From: Candidatus Doudnabacteria bacterium
GTDB taxonomy: Bacteria > Patescibacteriota > Doudnabacteria > UBA920
DNA: 64,000 nt
NCBI GenBank assembly: GCA_963768175.1
Contig: CAVYGQ010000002.1
Coordinates: 7,270-71,269 of the forward strand
Reading direction: 5' to 3'
Part shown: positions 50,114 through 60,026 of the stretch, in pieces
Layout of the letters: each line of letters opens with the position of its first letter
Position numbering within the stretch: the first letter of the stretch is position 1
The notes under the pieces: generated by a model
What the model was told of the DNA's origin: nothing
The model's database searches: none
Seen by the model: the letters and a program-made list of their open reading frames with translations, nothing else
Made by a program: the position numbers and the translations under genes

Positions 50114-51694
50114 AGAAAAAATTAAAGCGGGCCGGCGGCGACATCGTAAGGCGATGCGCGCGCGGGTCCGCTAACTTTTAATATTTAACCTTCAACTTCC
50201 AATACCTGTGGTTATCTTTGGGGAATACATTTTTTGAAAAACTAAAAGGCCGCTTATTTAAGGTTGAAATTTTTTATTAACCCTAAACCAGCCACTTCTT
50301 GACAAAGATATTAAAATCATCTAAAATAGTTAAGCAATAAGTTAATAAGAAACGACTATTATGAAAAAAGCTTTATTATTAAGGAAAACGCGGTTTATGT
50401 AAAACGGCCAATTTAAATTGTGCCTGACATAGCCGCGAAAGCGGTTTTTTTGTTGAAAAGCGACACCAACACACGAATACACGCGAATGACACGAATCAA
50501 AGACCTTTAAAATTATCGCCGTATACTTACTGCTCTGCGGATCTCAGCGTTCCAATTTTTTTGGGAACACAGGCTCGTAGAACCGATTTAGAGCAGTAGC
50601 TATATGATGGTAATTGTATTCCTCTGAACAGGCCAAGGGCCTGTGCCACAGCGACGATTATCGTCAGGTTCTTTAACAACTAAATAAAATAAGCCACCAC
50701 GTATAGAATCAGGCGTGGATGGCTTATGGGTAGAAACATTGTAAGAACTAACACACCAATTAACACAGATTGAAAACAAATGAACACGGATTCGTGTTAA
50801 TCCGTAATTATCGGTGTCAATTAGTGTGCAGAAAAGAACATTGTATCCTTACGCAGTTTGCATCAAACAGTTGTAAGATTTAGGATTAAAGATTTAAGTG
50901 GCTGCAGATTGCAGTTACTTACAATTTTAATCTTTCAACTCTCAACTAATTTGGTGGTCACAAATTGCTAGTTAATACTTGTCCCCGCGAAAGCGGGGAT
51001 CAATAGAATATAAAATATATAAGGGTATACGGTGGATGCCTAGGTAATATGAGCCGATGAAGGACGTGATAGCCTGCGAAAAGCCTCGGGGAGCTGGCAA
51101 TAAGCTTTGATCCGGGGATGTCCGAATGGGGAAACCCATGCACTGGAAGAGTGCATGCCTATATGCCGTGGGGTATGTAGTGCGGGAACCGTGCGAAGTG
51201 AAACATCTCAGTAGCACGTGGAAAATAAATCAATTTACGTCGCAAGACGTAAGAGAGATTCCGTCAGTAGTGGCGAGCGAAAGCGGAAGCATATATCAGA
51301 TAAATCGGAGAATCGGATGAATCGGAAAATCAGATCAAACATTATTGAAAAATGGTGTTTTGATCCGACTTCCGACTTCCGACATTCCGATTATTCTGGT
51401 ATTAGCCCAAACCTAATTAGTGTTTTCTAGATCCCCGCTTTCGCGGGGACAGGATTAAAGATTACAGTCGTTGCTAGTTAGGCGTAATAAGTTAGAGTTA
51501 TTGTCCCGCTGTAACGGGACAGGGAATTATGTTTGTTGTTTAGCAGAACACGCCTGGAACGGCGGACCAAAGAGGGTGATAGTCCCGTATCGCGAAAAAC
51601 CATGCAATTTCCTAACTTTTTCTTGAGTACAACCAGACACGAGAAATCTGGTTGGAAATCAGGTCGACTAAGATCTAAGGCTAAATACTCATAT

Positions 51695-51735
<41 letters not shown>

Positions 51736-52376
51736 CACCCCGGAAGGGGGATGAAATAGTATCTGAAACCGTATACTTACAAGGAGTGGAAGACCTTATT
51801 CTTTTTTCCGCAAGGTTAAGGGAATGGTTAACCGCGTGCCTATTGAAGAATGATCCAACGAGTTAATCTTTAGCAGCTTGATTAAGTCTTACCAAAGACG
51901 AAATCGCAGTGAAAGCGAGGATGAATAGTCCGTATTAGGATTTTGATCGGTCGATGACTTAGGTTATCGACCGCGACAATTTCCTAAATGTTGCTAGAGT
52001 TAGACCCGAAACCCGGTGAGCTACGCATGGCCAGGATGAACGTTATGTAAAAGTAACGGGAGGTCCGGACGCACTATTGCTGCAAAAATAGGCGATGAGC
52101 TGTGCGTAGGGGAGAAATTCCAATCGAACCGGGTGATAGCTGGTTCTCCTCGAAATAGCTTTAGGGCTAGCGTCGAGAGTTCCCTTGAGAGGTAGAGCAC
52201 TGAATGGAAACCTGCTGCGCAAGCGGTAGGCTCCAACCAAACTCCGAATTCTCAAGGTCAAGATCTCGGCAGTCAGTCCGTGAGGTCTAAGCTTCACGCG
52301 ACAAATGGAGAAGAATCCACACCACCGTCTAAGGCCCCCAAATCCTAGCTATAGTGCAAAGGATGTGGGGTTGCTC

Positions 52377-52413
<37 letters not shown>

Positions 52414-52511
52414 TAAAGAAAGCGTAACAGCTCACTGGTCAAGCGATCCCGCGCCGACAATATATAGGGGCTAAGCTAGGTGCCGAAGACGTGGATCAGC
52501 GCGTAGCGCTG

Positions 52512-52649
52512 GAAATCCGAAGCACGAAATCCGAAATACGAAACAATATTTAAATTCAAAAAAATAAATCCGAAATGTCGGGTTTAGATATTTGAATTTA
52601 TGATTTAGAATTTGTTTCGAATTTCGATATTCGAATTTCGAATTTGCAG
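52512..52649 (+). other. intervening sequence (IVS) in 23S helix 45: AT-rich hairpin built from TCCGAAAT/ATTTCGAA repeats
   Basis: Inserted between ...GATCAGCGCGTAGCGCTG and TGCTATGCGCTGG (E. coli position about 1170). Long imperfect inverted repeat GGAAATCCGAAGCACGAAATCCGAAATACGAAAC ... GTTTCGAATTTCGATATTCGAATTTCGAATTTGC. Confidence 0.5.
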
Positions 52650-53729
52650 TGCTATGCGCTGGTGGTAGAGGAGTGTTGTTTGCAGGTTGAAGCGGTATGC
52701 GTAAGCGGCCGTGGACAGCAAACAAGCAAGAATGTTGGAATAAGTAATATATATAGAGGTGAGAATCCTCTTCGCCGAATATCCAAGGGTTCCAGGGCAA
52801 CGATCGTCGTCCCTGGGTTAGTCGATCCTAAGAGCGGGCCCCAAGGGGTCCGTCCGATGGAAAATATGGTTGATATTCCATAACCGCCGTAACATTATCC
52901 AAGACGGGACACATCATGGTAGCGTTAGCGTTATCTGACTATTAGCGTTGTTGTACTTGTAGGATGGTTTTTGAGGCAAATCCCAAAGACCTATGCAATT
53001 ATTTCTTACCTCGCAAGAGATGGAAGTAAACGTTGTAATTTCGAGAGTACAAAGAAACCTGGCAACGGGAATTAGCGCAAACCAAGGTGTCAAGAAAAGC
53101 GTCGTGGTTAGGTGCTAGGGTGATCGTACCGTAAACCGACACAGGTGGATGGGGAGAGAATCCCAAGGCGTCCGGAACAATGTTCGTTAAGGAACTCGGC
53201 AAAAAAGCAGGTGTACCTTAGGTATATACCTTGACCTTTTATATGCTGGGTAATGAGAAATTGGAGAAGATAATTCTCCATCAGGAAAGTGGATACCAAA
53301 CAGCCGCACTTATCATGCAGCTGGGAAGGGCTTGACCGATAATCAAGTTTCGGCCTCTGGCCGAGTCCACCTAACAAAGGAGGGAATTCCAGTGTGTGCA
53401 TCCATGGCACAGCTCCGTGCCGCTACTTCATCCTAAAGAGGGTGAAAGCAACTCCGGTCATCGGGGCTGCCTCTTTCCATAGTAGCTGTACACACTGCCC
53501 TCCTTTGGATAATCATCTAATTTTGATTATCCTCATTACCCAGCATATTAAAAGGCCCGCAGCAAAAGACCTCTCCCGACTGTTTACCAAAAACTTAGGT
53601 CCGTGCTAAAGCGCAAGCTGATGTATACGGGCTGATGCCTGGCCAGTGTCAGAAGGTTAAATCCCTTGGCGCAAGCCGAGGGGCCAAGCCCTGATGAACG
53701 CCGGCAGTAACTATAACTGTCCTATGGTA

Positions 53730-54137
53730 ACTGGAATTTATTCTTTTTGGGCGTCATTCTGAGGAGCGAAGCGACGAAGAATCTCAAAATGAGATCCTTC
53801 ACTTCGTTCAGGATGACGCCGATAAGAAGTTTGGCTGCCATAGTAAAATGTAACTATATCGGAAAAAACCTCTCTGAGAAAATTCCGAGGGAAGACTTTT
53901 GTGTCATCGCGAGTGCAGCCGAAGCGATCTTTAAAAGATTGCTTCGTCGGATGCACTCCTCGCAATGACACAGAGGAACCCGTAGAGACTACACGTTGCA
54001 CATCATTTTGGTGATGAAGATATAGTCCGGACTGCATAGCGATATGCAGAATGTGACAGAAATGATCACATTTGTCATTCTGAATTTATTTCAGAATCTA
54101 GATTCCCGCTTTCGCGGGAATGACAATAACAAATCAA
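53730..54137 (+). other. ORF-less group I intron in 23S at the E. coli 1923-equivalent site (between GGTCCTATGGTA and GCGAAATTCC)
   Basis: Exon junction matches CGGTCCTAAGGTA^GCGAAATTCCTTGTCGGG. Conserved R-like GTAGAGACTACACG and S-like GAAGATATAGTCCGG core elements. Peripheral stems carry family B palindromic repeats. Confidence 0.6.
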
Positions 54138-54692
54138 GCGAAATTCCTTGTCGCGTAAGTTGCGACCCGCACGAATGGCATAACGAGTAGAGGACTGTCT
54201 TAACGAACATTCCGATGAACTTACAGTGGCGGTAAAGATGCCGTCTACCCGCAGCAAGACGGAAAGACCCTATGAAGCTTTACTATAGCGTGTCATTGAA
54301 TTAATGCTTTTATTGTTTAGCCTAGGTGGGAGCCTTTGAAGCTTGGGCGCCAGCTCAAGTGGAGGCGACAGGTGAAATACCACTCTGTAAAAATATTAAT
54401 TCTAACCAATGTTTAACCTGCATTGGGACAGTGGCTCGTGGGTAGTTTAACTGGGGCGGTTGCCTCCTAAATGGTAACGGAGGCGTTTATTAAGGTAGGC
54501 TAGGTATGGATGGAAATCATACCGGTAGTGCAAACGCATAAGCCTGCTTGACTGCAAGGGCGGCGACCCGCGCAGGCACGAAAGTGGAAGTTAGTGATCC
54601 GATGCGTTCGAGTGGAAGACGCAAAGCCCAACGGATAAAAGTTACTCTAGGGATAACAGGCTGATCCTCTCCAAGAGTCCACATCGACGAGA

Positions 54693-54731
<39 letters not shown>

Positions 54732-54735
54732 GTGA

Positions 54736-54772
<37 letters not shown>

Positions 54773-55195
54773 TGGTACGCGAGCTGGGTTCAAAACGTCG
54801 TGAGACAGTTTGGTCCTTATCTGCTGTGGGTGTACGAAACTTGAGTAGTCGCTTCGCTAGTACGAGAGGACCGCGAAGCATAGACCTCTGGTGTACCCGT
54901 TGTCCTGTCAAGGGCATGGCGGGGTAGCTAGGTCTAGTTAAGATAAACGCTGAATGCATATAAGCGTGAAGCTGTCTACAAAACTAGGTTTCGTTTTTAG
55001 TCGCAAGACTAAAGAAAGGTTCGGGGAAGACTACCCCGTACAACTATTAGGTTTTAGATTAAAGTTGAAAGACTTAAGTAGCAATACTTAGATCCGTAAT
55101 CTTAAATCTTTAATCTGATATATAGGTTGCAGGTGTAAGCACAGTAATGTGTTCAGCCGAGCAATACTAATCAACCGAAAATTTTAAATTCTATT

Positions 55196-55257
55196 TTAAC
55201 CCTGTTAAATGCCGCTTTGCGGCAATTTGCTTTCGGCAAATTATTTAACAGGGTGAA
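55196..55257. repeat. structured palindromic element family A, copy 3 (in 23S-5S spacer)
   Basis: Outer stem ACCCTGTTAAAT/ATTTAACAGGGT. Inner hairpins GCCGCTTTGCGGC (the inverse of copy 2's GCCGCAAAGCGGC) and ATTTGCTTTCGGCAAAT. Confidence 0.7.
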
Positions 55258-55647
55258 TTAACTAGCAATTTGTGCATAGAGCGAAGCACCTTATTTTTCT
55301 CCCCCTTTGGGGGAGATGTCTCGAGCTAAGCGAGAGACAGAGAGGGTGTAATTAATTTATAATGTTCAAACAATATCTCAAGATTCTAGGTTTAGCGCTA
55401 ATTATTTTAGCAATCACCGCGGTTTTTTACTGTCTTAGCCTGGCAAGCGTAAATGCGTTAAAGCCTTAAATCTTTGAAAGCCTTCCACGTCGAATTTTAT
55501 TCCTGTCCCTTGGAAGGGGGACCCCAAAAATTAGGAGCGCAGTCACCCCCGAAGGAAGGGTGACGAGCACGGATTTTTGGGGAAGAGGAGTACTTTATGG
55601 AGTGTGTGAAATTTTGATTCTATCAAAATTGAACGTACGGAATAAAG

Positions 55648-55766
55648 TGCGACGTGGGTGGCATTTCCAGCCGGGCTCGACCTGATCCCATCCCGAACTC
55701 AGAAGTCAAAACGGCTTGGGCCAATGATAGTCATACGCATGTATGTGCAAAAGTAGGTGGCTGCCC
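55648..55766 (+). rRNA. rrf: probable 5S rRNA
   Basis: CCTGATCCCATCCCGAACTCAGAAGTCAAAAC (cf CCUGACCCCAUGCCGAACUCAGAAGUGAAAC) and 3' AAAGTAGGTGGCTGCC (cf GAGAGUAGGGAACUGCC). Helix I pairing not resolved by eye. Confidence 0.5.
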
Positions 55767-55850
55767 TTTATATGATTAGCCCCGATGTAAAAATCGGGGC
55801 TTTTCTTTTTGCCGGTAAATGTTATAATTTAACGGATAAAAGGTATTTAA

Positions 55851-56453
55851 ATGATTGCTACGATAGTTCTGATAATTTTTTTGGTTTTTGCCCTCGCTAT
55901 ATTGTTTGTTATAACTAGTGCTTTTTTGGGTTTTTTAATGACCCGTGTGCCGTTTGTCACTACTTACGCATCGGATGTGGAATTTTTTGTAAAAAAGCTC
56001 GGTCTTTCATCAAGCGACGTTTTTTATGACCTCGGCAGCGGGGACGGTAAAGTATGTTTTTTGGTCAATCAGTTAACAGGAGCAAAGTGTATTGGGTTTG
56101 AGTTGACTTGGTGGACATATCTTCTCGCAAAAATCAGATCAAAATTTAAAAATCAAAAATCAAAATTACAATTTAAAAACCACCCCGTCATTCGACGGGG
56201 TGCCCGGTCGAATGACGGGGCAGAGGTAAAGTTCGTTAACGGTAATTTTTTTAAATATTCCTGGAGCGAAGCCAACATTATTTATGGTTATCTTTTTCCG
56301 CCGCTTATGGGCAGAGTGGAAGAAAAATTTTTGACCGACTGCAAGCCCGGCAGCATTGCCGTTATTCGCGATTTCCCTTTTCCGCGCATGGCTTATACGG
56401 ATAAATTTTATTTGCCCAAAAAGCACGAGATTTATATTTACAAAAAAGTGTAG
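55851..56453 (+). CDS. class I SAM-dependent methyltransferase-like protein with N-terminal TM and an in-frame palindromic insertion
   Basis: Motif I DLGSGDGKV. Insertion KNHPVIRRGARSNDGAEV is encoded by the hairpin pair at 56180-56225. Confidence 0.55.
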   Translation: MIATIVLIIFLVFALAILFVITSAFLGFLMTRVPFVTTYASDVEFFVKKLGLSSSDVFYDLGSGDGKVCFLVNQLTGAKCIGFELTWWTYLLAKIRSKFKNQKSKLQFKNHPVIRRGARSNDGAEVKFVNGNFFKYSWSEANIIYGYLFPPLMGRVEEKFLTDCKPGSIAVIRDFPFPRMAYTDKFYLPKKHEIYIYKKV

Positions 56454-56670
56454 ATAATATAGTATTATTTTATTTATTAAATAGCCTTTATTTAAAGGAT
56501 ATTTTTTATTTATCCACAATTTTGCAGAAAAATAGTTGACAAACAATTGTCAAAGATATATCATTTGTAAGTCATCTAATTTGAGCTTTCTGGATAAAAA
56601 ATTTGTTGCCTGAGCGAAGTCGAAGGCACAAATTTTGACCCTTCGACAAGCTCAGGGATCATAATTTGTT

Positions 56671-57423
56671 ATGGAAATTCAGGTAATACTTAAAAATTTT
56701 GGTCTTTCGGAAAAGGAAATTGCGGTATATTTAGCTTTAATTGAGCTTGGCCCTTCTTCGGTCAGGGAAATATCGAGCAAATCCAAGGTCAACCGCGGAA
56801 CCACGTATGATATTTTAAAGTCCCTAATTGCTTTAGGCGTGGTTTCCTATTACAATAAAGAATCCAAGCAGTATTTTATGGCTGAAGAGCCGGAAAAGCT
56901 GCTTTCGGCAATCGATCAGAAACAGGAAAACTTGCTCGAAGTCAGGAAGAACATCCAAGAAAGCTTGCCGTTGATAAAAACTTTGTTTGAAAAGCAGGGT
57001 GGCAAACCCGTAGTAAAATTTTATGAGGGCAGCAAAGGAGTTAGGCAGATTTTTGAAGACGTGCTTGCTGAAGTTTTGACTACAGCTGATAAAACTTATT
57101 ACCTTTATTCCTCCGCAACCGCTGAGCACCGCAAAAATGTTTACGGGGCCATGCCCGATTTTAGCCAAAAAAGGGTGGCCAAAAAAATCCGCGTTAAAAT
57201 TATTTCCCTGGGGGAAGATGGGCAATTAGCGGGTCTTGATGAACGCAGGCAGATGCCCGTAGGCGATACAAATCTGAAAGCGACCCATGAAATCATTTAT
57301 GCTGGCAAAGTTGCCCACATTAGCATTGATAGCAATGGGGAACCAGTCGGCGTAGTTATCCAAAACGAAGAAATTTACCAGACGCAGAAGTTAATATTTG
57401 AATTTAATTGGAGTAAACTTTAA
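56671..57423 (+). CDS. TrmB-family transcriptional regulator
   Basis: N-terminal wHTH LSEKEIAVYLALIELGPSSVREISSKSKVNRGTTYDILKSL. TrmB-like C-terminal domain. Confidence 0.65.
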   Translation: MEIQVILKNFGLSEKEIAVYLALIELGPSSVREISSKSKVNRGTTYDILKSLIALGVVSYYNKESKQYFMAEEPEKLLSAIDQKQENLLEVRKNIQESLPLIKTLFEKQGGKPVVKFYEGSKGVRQIFEDVLAEVLTTADKTYYLYSSATAEHRKNVYGAMPDFSQKRVAKKIRVKIISLGEDGQLAGLDERRQMPVGDTNLKATHEIIYAGKVAHISIDSNGEPVGVVIQNEEIYQTQKLIFEFNWSKL

Positions 57424-57514
57424 CCGACCCGAATGACCCGAATTAGAATCCGAATAACCCGAAATGGGCCAATTCGGATAATTCGGGTGGAATTCGGGTA
57501 TTAGGGTCGCTACT

Positions 57515-59356
57515 ATGTGTGGCATCGTTGGTTACATCGGTAAAAAACAAGCATTACCGATCCTGTTACAGGGATTGCGCGATTTAGAGTATCGCGGCTA
57601 TGACAGTGCGGGCATAGCCGTTTTGGACCCCTCGACTACGCTCGGGGCAGGCGGGAAAATTGACCGCATCCGTGAAGTCGGCAAAGTAGACATGCTGGCA
57701 AAAAAAATCGGGCAGGAAAAATTCGTCGGTACGCTCGGCATCGCCCATACCCGCTGGGCCACGCATGGCGGAGTAACCGAGCAAAACGCACATCCCCATG
57801 TGGTCGGCAAGGGCAAACTGGCTTTGGTGCATAATGGGATTATTGAAAATTACCGTGAAATTAAAAAACAGTTAAAAAACCAAAACCAGGAATCAGAAAC
57901 CGATTCGGAAATATTAGCCGAACTTATTTTTGAAAGCTATCAAGGCGATTTGGCTAAAGCCGTAAAGCAGGCACTGTTAAAGGTCCGTGGCACCTATGGC
58001 ATTGTAGTTATGCACGCGGACCATCCCAACCAACTTGTGGCCGCCCGTCTGGGCAGCCCTTTGGCTATTGGGATATCGGATGGTGAGTATTATATTGCTT
58101 CCGATGTTACCCCAATGCTGCCTTTTACCAAGCAGGTAACGTTTTTAGATGATGGTGAAATTGCTTCTATCAACGGAGAAGGCTTGAAGATTGTAAATCT
58201 ACGCGATGAAATTATCTACAAAACTATTACCCAAATAGATTGGGACCAGGCTAAGGCGCAAAAGGGCGGATTTGAAAATTTTATGCTTAAGGAAATTTTT
58301 GACCAGCCTACGGTGTTTGAAGACGCCATCCGCGGCCGGTTTAATGTTGATGAAGGTACAGCGGTTTTAGGCGGGCTTAATATGACACAGGAGCAGATGC
58401 GTGAAGTAAAGAGAGTTATGATCATTGCAGAGGGCACGGCACGACACGCCGGCCTTATTGCCAAGTATGCTTTTGAACGTTTAGCCAATTTGCCGACAGA
58501 GGTTGATTTTTCTTCGGAGTTTCGCTATCGCGACCCGATTGTCAACAAAAATACTTTGGTTTTTGTAATTTCTCAATCCGGCGAAACCGCGGATACGCTT
58601 ATGGCCGCGCGCGAAGCCAAACGAAAGGGCGCTTTTATCCGCGGGATAGTCAACGTGGTCGGCTCCACCATTGCGCGCGAGACTAAGGCCGGCACTTACA
58701 TCCACGCGGGTCCGGAGCTGGCCGTGGCATCCACCAAAGCCTTTACCAATATGGTGGCGGTTTTACTTTTATACGCGTTGCAGTTCGGGCGGATTAAGCA
58801 TACGTCTTTGGCTACCGGCCAAAGGCTTCTAGCTGCGCTTTTGGAAATTCCGGAAAAAATGAATGCGGTTTTAAAGCAGGCGGACCAAATTAAAAAAATT
58901 GCCGGCAAATATCAATCCTACGAAAACATTTTGTTTATGGGCCGCGGGATAAACTACCCGGTGGCGTTGGAAGGCGCGTTAAAATTAAAAGAGATCTCCT
59001 ATATCCATGCCGAAGGCTTTGCCGGCGGCGAGATGAAGCACGGGCCGCTGGCTTTGGTAAGCAAAGATGTGCCGATAGTTGCAGTTTTAAGCCGCGACCA
59101 GTTGTACGAAAAAATGAAGAGCAGCATCCAGGAAGTCCGCGCCCGGGGCGCCCGCACATTGATTATTGCCACGCAAGGAGACGAGGAAGCCAAAGAAGTA
59201 GCCGACGAGATTATTTTCGTGCCGGACACTATGGAATTATTGGAGCCGTTATTAAACACTATCCCGCTTCAATTATTTGCTTATTACATTGCCGTAGCTC
59301 TAGGCCGCGACGTTGACCGTCCCCGCAATTTGGCTAAGAGTGTGACGGTGGAATAG
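57515..59356 (+). CDS. glmS: glutamine--fructose-6-phosphate aminotransferase
   Basis: N-terminal MCGIVGY nucleophile, two SIS domains, C-terminal ...KSVTVE. Confidence 0.9.
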   Translation: MCGIVGYIGKKQALPILLQGLRDLEYRGYDSAGIAVLDPSTTLGAGGKIDRIREVGKVDMLAKKIGQEKFVGTLGIAHTRWATHGGVTEQNAHPHVVGKGKLALVHNGIIENYREIKKQLKNQNQESETDSEILAELIFESYQGDLAKAVKQALLKVRGTYGIVVMHADHPNQLVAARLGSPLAIGISDGEYYIASDVTPMLPFTKQVTFLDDGEIASINGEGLKIVNLRDEIIYKTITQIDWDQAKAQKGGFENFMLKEIFDQPTVFEDAIRGRFNVDEGTAVLGGLNMTQEQMREVKRVMIIAEGTARHAGLIAKYAFERLANLPTEVDFSSEFRYRDPIVNKNTLVFVISQSGETADTLMAAREAKRKGAFIRGIVNVVGSTIARETKAGTYIHAGPELAVASTKAFTNMVAVLLLYALQFGRIKHTSLATGQRLLAALLEIPEKMNAVLKQADQIKKIAGKYQSYENILFMGRGINYPVALEGALKLKEISYIHAEGFAGGEMKHGPLALVSKDVPIVAVLSRDQLYEKMKSSIQEVRARGARTLIIATQGDEEAKEVADEIIFVPDTMELLEPLLNTIPLQLFAYYIAVALGRDVDRPRNLAKSVTVE

Positions 59357-60013
59357 GATTGTCATTGCGAGCCCCGAAGGGGCGTGGCAATCTGTCAAGA
59401 AGAAAGATTGCTTCGTCGCTACGCTCCTCGCAATGACAATTTGTAGCGAGTCGATTTATCGGTTTTTGCCAGAAAAAAAGAACGGCGTCATCCTGAACGA
59501 AGTGAAGGATCTAGGTATGAGATTCCTCGCTCCGCTCGGAATGACGCCGGGCAGCCGTCAGACTTGAACCGACAAACTGCCCTAAATCAGGGTGAACCGT
59601 GTTATCTTGGTGGAGCGGATTCCGGGATGTTGGTTTCGTACTTGCACGTGACTTCACGTGTCTCGAAATTGCATTTGATTCTGAATGCCATCCCGGGGCG
59701 TAATTCAACGCCGCGAAATAGGGCATTAGTCGGGATTAAGGTAGACCCGTCAGAAAACGCAATGATGAGCTCCTCGTCTACCTTTTTTTCCTTTCTTCGG
59801 CTTTGACCGCCAGAGAAGACGTTTGCTTCCACCTTCTTCCCTCCTTTCGTGCGCCGGTTGCGCTTTGGGAATAGAACAGCTTATTTTAGCAGAGAGAGAG
59901 AGTTTTGTAAAGGCCATTTTATGTCGGCGTCATCCCAAGGAGTGCAGCCGACGAAGGATCTCAGCCAAGAGATTCTTCGTCCCTCAGATGCATTCGGGAC
60001 TCAGAATGACGCC
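59346..60013. repeat. cluster of palindromic elements (family B and the GTCATTGCGAG...CTCGCAATGAC subfamily) filling the glmS-acs spacer
   Basis: Inverted repeats at 59346-59435 (GTCATTGCGAGCCCCGAAGGGGCG...CTCGCAATGACAAT), 59479-59553 (GGCGTCATCCTGAACGAAGTGAAGGATC...GGAATGACGCCGG) and 59920-60013. Confidence 0.6.
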
Positions 60014-60026
60014 ATAAGAGAACAAT

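Noticed and set aside
50113-51005. Search for a 16S rRNA or spacer tRNAs upstream of the 23S
   Set aside because: Only repeat and hairpin-rich non-coding sequence is present, with no 16S 3' end or tRNA cloverleaf.
57424-57514. glmS ribozyme upstream of glmS
   Set aside because: The upstream region is a CCGAAT-repeat element with none of the conserved glmS ribozyme core sequences.
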